50,023 bases of DNA from the IMG/VR virus record IMGVR_UViG_3300045988_155579. One strand, written 5' to 3'. Below the pieces are notes generated by a model. That model was given only the letters and a program-made list of their open reading frames with translations. It was not told the DNA's origin and did no database searches. The translations under genes and the position numbers were made by a program. This DNA is from a virus. This document shows, piece by piece, positions 48,021-50,023 of the stretch. Every line of letters starts with the position of its first letter. Positions within the stretch are counted from its first letter, which is position 1.

Positions 48021-48439
48021 GGTGTTCCGTCCTCCTGCCCCGTCACATCATCCATCGTTCTATTTGGCTGCGGGTTGCGAATCAGGTCAGCCAGTGCCGT
48101 GATTTGCGCATTGGCAGAAGCAACCGCCGCATCGTTGTTCTCGATTGTCGGCTCGTCGCTCTGCCCCAGCATGTTTTTGCCGAGGAAGATTGCCATCGCA
48201 GGGGATTTCTTCGCAAGGTTGAACTGCATGCGCCTAAGAGATACCTTGCCATCCTGCGCATATATTTTATAGACCTCCGAAAAAGTCTGCTTGTAGGTGC
48301 GTTTACACCACGCATTCAGCGTATCTTCGCAAATCCCAAAAATACCGCAGATTTCCGTTTCGGTACACTGAATTTTGCAAAGCTGCTCAAATTCCAGCTT
48401 GGCAATCTCCTTCCTTGGCCGTCCCCTCTTTTTTCCCAT
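48017..48439 (-). CDS. terS: Terminase small subunit (HTH-containing)
   Basis: The N-terminus GKKRGRPRKEIAKLEFEQLCKIQCTETEICGIFG is a DNA-binding HTH. It lies immediately upstream of terL. Confidence 0.7.
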   Translation of the reverse strand: MGKKRGRPRKEIAKLEFEQLCKIQCTETEICGIFGICEDTLNAWCKRTYKQTFSEVYKIYAQDGKVSLRRMQFNLAKKSPAMAIFLGKNMLGQSDEPTIENNDAAVASANAQITALADLIRNPQPNRTMDDVTGQEDGTP

Positions 48440-49313
48440 GGTCACCCACCCTTTCGGGGCTCACAGCCTTTCGGTATTTTTCGTTCAAAATCATGGGAAC
48501 ACAGTTGACCAAAGAGATATTATGATGCATACGCCTGTGCGTTTCTCCCATCATGGCCACCGTAACGCAGGAGGGCATCGTCATCACGCTGTAAAACGAT
48601 TTGACGTATGTTCCGACATCGAGATAGATATCCGTCAACCCGCCTGCATTGGCCTGCGTCTCTTTCTGGATAAGCGACGCGTCTGTGACAGAAAAAATCT
48701 TCTCGCCACGGCTGCCGAGTGTGACGTACATGTTCACATCCTCGTTTATCGAGCCGAAAAACGAAAACGGCCTGTCCACACGGCAGAAAAAGGCGTTCAT
48801 CGCCTTTCTGCTCAGCTTCTTCGCGAAATATTTTCCGTTCAGCCCGCCGATGTAATCACCACCCTGCGACAGTGCCACAACCAGCGAATCGGATTCATAC
48901 AAAAAATTAAGCATTGCTTCGAAAAGTCGGTCAAGATCTGTGCAGTGCTTCGCCGCCAGTTTCCCGCTTTTTTCAAAGCGAAAATCGAACGCTGTATAAT
49001 CATCGTCCAGCTCAAGGAATGACGACAGCCCCAGCCGCTTTGCAATCTCAAAACAGGAGTTTCGGGCATACAGCACGATATTGTGCTTTTCATAATTGTC
49101 CATCGTATCGCTGTGCTTCATAGCTTCCAGCTTATCAAACACAATCACGTTTTCTTTACCATATCGGACTATATACTCATCCTGCTGTTCATCTTCGTTA
49201 TCAACGACGATATAGATCTTTCCTGTATATCCACCCTTACGAAGCGTCGGAATTGTATATACTCTGCCCGCGCGTCCGTGTGAGAGAATCAACACAGCAA
49301 AATCATTCCGCAT
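48387..49313 (-). CDS. GT-A-like glycosyltransferase candidate (possible DNA-base glycosyltransferase, TAGT/GREB1-like)
   Basis: N-terminal beta-strand FAVLILSHGR, a DxD-like LELDDDY, and later INEDVN and TQANAGGLTDIY. It lies between the ParB-like gene and terS. The assignment is from pattern memory and is unverified. Confidence 0.45.
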   Translation of the reverse strand: MRNDFAVLILSHGRAGRVYTIPTLRKGGYTGKIYIVVDNEDEQQDEYIVRYGKENVIVFDKLEAMKHSDTMDNYEKHNIVLYARNSCFEIAKRLGLSSFLELDDDYTAFDFRFEKSGKLAAKHCTDLDRLFEAMLNFLYESDSLVVALSQGGDYIGGLNGKYFAKKLSRKAMNAFFCRVDRPFSFFGSINEDVNMYVTLGSRGEKIFSVTDASLIQKETQANAGGLTDIYLDVGTYVKSFYSVMTMPSCVTVAMMGETHRRMHHNISLVNCVPMILNEKYRKAVSPERVGDHGKKEGTAKEGDCQAGI

Positions 49314-50023
49314 CGCCGCCGTCCTCCCCGATCATGTCCCGAATCGTTCCGTTCAGCTTGGCATATCCCATCGCAATGGCATCATCCACGTCGATGATGA
49401 CCAGCGCCGAGTGTTCCATGAGCCGCTGCATTTCCGGCGTTGCCTGTGCGTAATACTCGGCAATGGCTCGATAATTAAAAACATTATGCCGCCTCGCCGC
49501 CTGCACGAGAAAATTCTTCTCGTCCTGCGTTACACCGGAAGCCTCAATCTCTCGAATCAACTCATCCGTTCTGCCGCTGTCCAGCATGTCCGCAAAGTTG
49601 GGTATCTCGCCCCTGACCTCGTACTGCGGAATGTTGACGCTGCTGGTATATTTGCCGTCCTCCCCGTCTTCTTCGCCGGGCATTTCAAAACCGAACGGCT
49701 CCATGTCCAGCCCCTCATTCGCGATGTCGCCCAGCACATCATCCAGCAGATCGTCATCCCACGGCGTTTCCATCGTGCTCTGATTATGCTCAAGCATATA
49801 AGCATCTCGGTCGCGTTTGGAAAGATGGTCAAGCATGATGCACGGAACGCCTTCCGCCGGAATCCCGATTTTTCCGTCCTGCACAAGCTGTTTCAGCGCT
49901 TCCAGCCGTCCATGTCCCTCCACCACAACGTGGTCTTTGCCCCATACGCCGATAGGGTCAAGGAATCCAAAATGCAGAATGGAGTTTCGGATATGCTCAA
50001 GCTGCTTTTTTGTGTGCTTTTTC
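49303..50023 (-). CDS. ParB-like nuclease-domain protein, C-terminal part (the gene start lies at 127-129 after wrapping the junction)
   Basis: The ORF has no stop upstream through the window end. GHGRLEA is the ParB-domain motif. The C-terminal domain is unassigned. Confidence 0.75.
   Translation of the reverse strand, partial: KKHTKKQLEHIRNSILHFGFLDPIGVWGKDHVVVEGHGRLEALKQLVQDGKIGIPAEGVPCIMLDHLSKRDRDAYMLEHNQSTMETPWDDDLLDDVLGDIANEGLDMEPFGFEMPGEEDGEDGKYTSSVNIPQYEVRGEIPNFADMLDSGRTDELIREIEASGVTQDEKNFLVQAARRHNVFNYRAIAEYYAQATPEMQRLMEHSALVIIDVDDAIAMGYAKLNGTIRDMIGEDGGDAE
49969..50023. repeat. 55-bp terminal direct repeat, right copy
   Basis: Identical to bases 1-55. Confidence 0.95.

Larger units (their letters stand above)
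1..50023. mobile_element. Complete circularly closed temperate siphovirus-like phage genome (unique length about 49,968 bp)
   Basis: Full set of lysogeny, replication, packaging, head, tail and lysis genes. The 55-bp ends are identical, and a gene reads in frame across the junction. Confidence 0.85.

Noticed and set aside
1-50023. A search for a TET/JBP-type dioxygenase, restriction endonuclease, CRISPR-Cas genes, rRNA genes or complete tRNA genes.
   Set aside because: No ORF shows recognisable 2OG-Fe(II) HxD...H, REase or Cas signatures by eye, and no rRNA-like or full tRNA structures are present. Absence is stated only at the level of manual inspection.

Overview
The window is one complete, circularly closed genome of a temperate siphovirus-like phage. 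Bases 1-55 are identical to 49969-50023, so the unique length is about 49,968 bp, and a ParB-like gene reads in frame across that junction. The host is probably a Gram-positive, Clostridia-like bacterium; this is inferred from the NlpC/P60+SH3 endolysin, the LL-H-type holin, the DnaD-like replication protein and the strong GGAGG ribosome-binding sites. Almost all genes lie on the minus strand, in three blocks. (1) An early operon runs from a cro-like promoter near 19.8 kb down to a bidirectional terminator near 2.85 kb. It holds HTH regulators, an Xis-like protein, a PD-(D/E)XK exonuclease, an annealing protein, DnaD-like and DnaB proteins, a C5-cytosine methyltransferase, an SF2-helicase/amino-methyltransferase fusion, a Gp37/Gp68 radical-SAM-like protein, a macro-domain protein, SSB and a sigma-like activator. 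(2) A short operon at 0.4-2.4 kb contains a DUF932 gene. (3) The late operon wraps the junction: ParB-like protein, a glycosyltransferase-like protein, TerS, TerL, portal, head, tail, tape measure, fibres and lysis genes, ending at a strong terminator near 26.4 kb. The plus-strand lysogeny block (19.9-25.6 kb) holds a cI/LexA-like repressor, a secreted protein, a self-promoted three-gene cargo operon, a tyrosine integrase and an attP with a tRNA 3'-end core flanked by arm-type repeats. The cargo operon comprises an unknown protein, an XRE-HTH/M78 peptidase fusion and a RhuM-family protein. The most interesting unexplained signals are that cargo operon (a candidate defence or toxin-antitoxin system), three compact plus-strand promoter-plus-terminator cassettes that look like OOP-type antisense sRNAs (one paired with a 46-aa hydrophobic peptide), and a multi-gene DNA-modification set. 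All coordinates and motifs were derived by hand and may be off by 1-2 nt. No database search was run.
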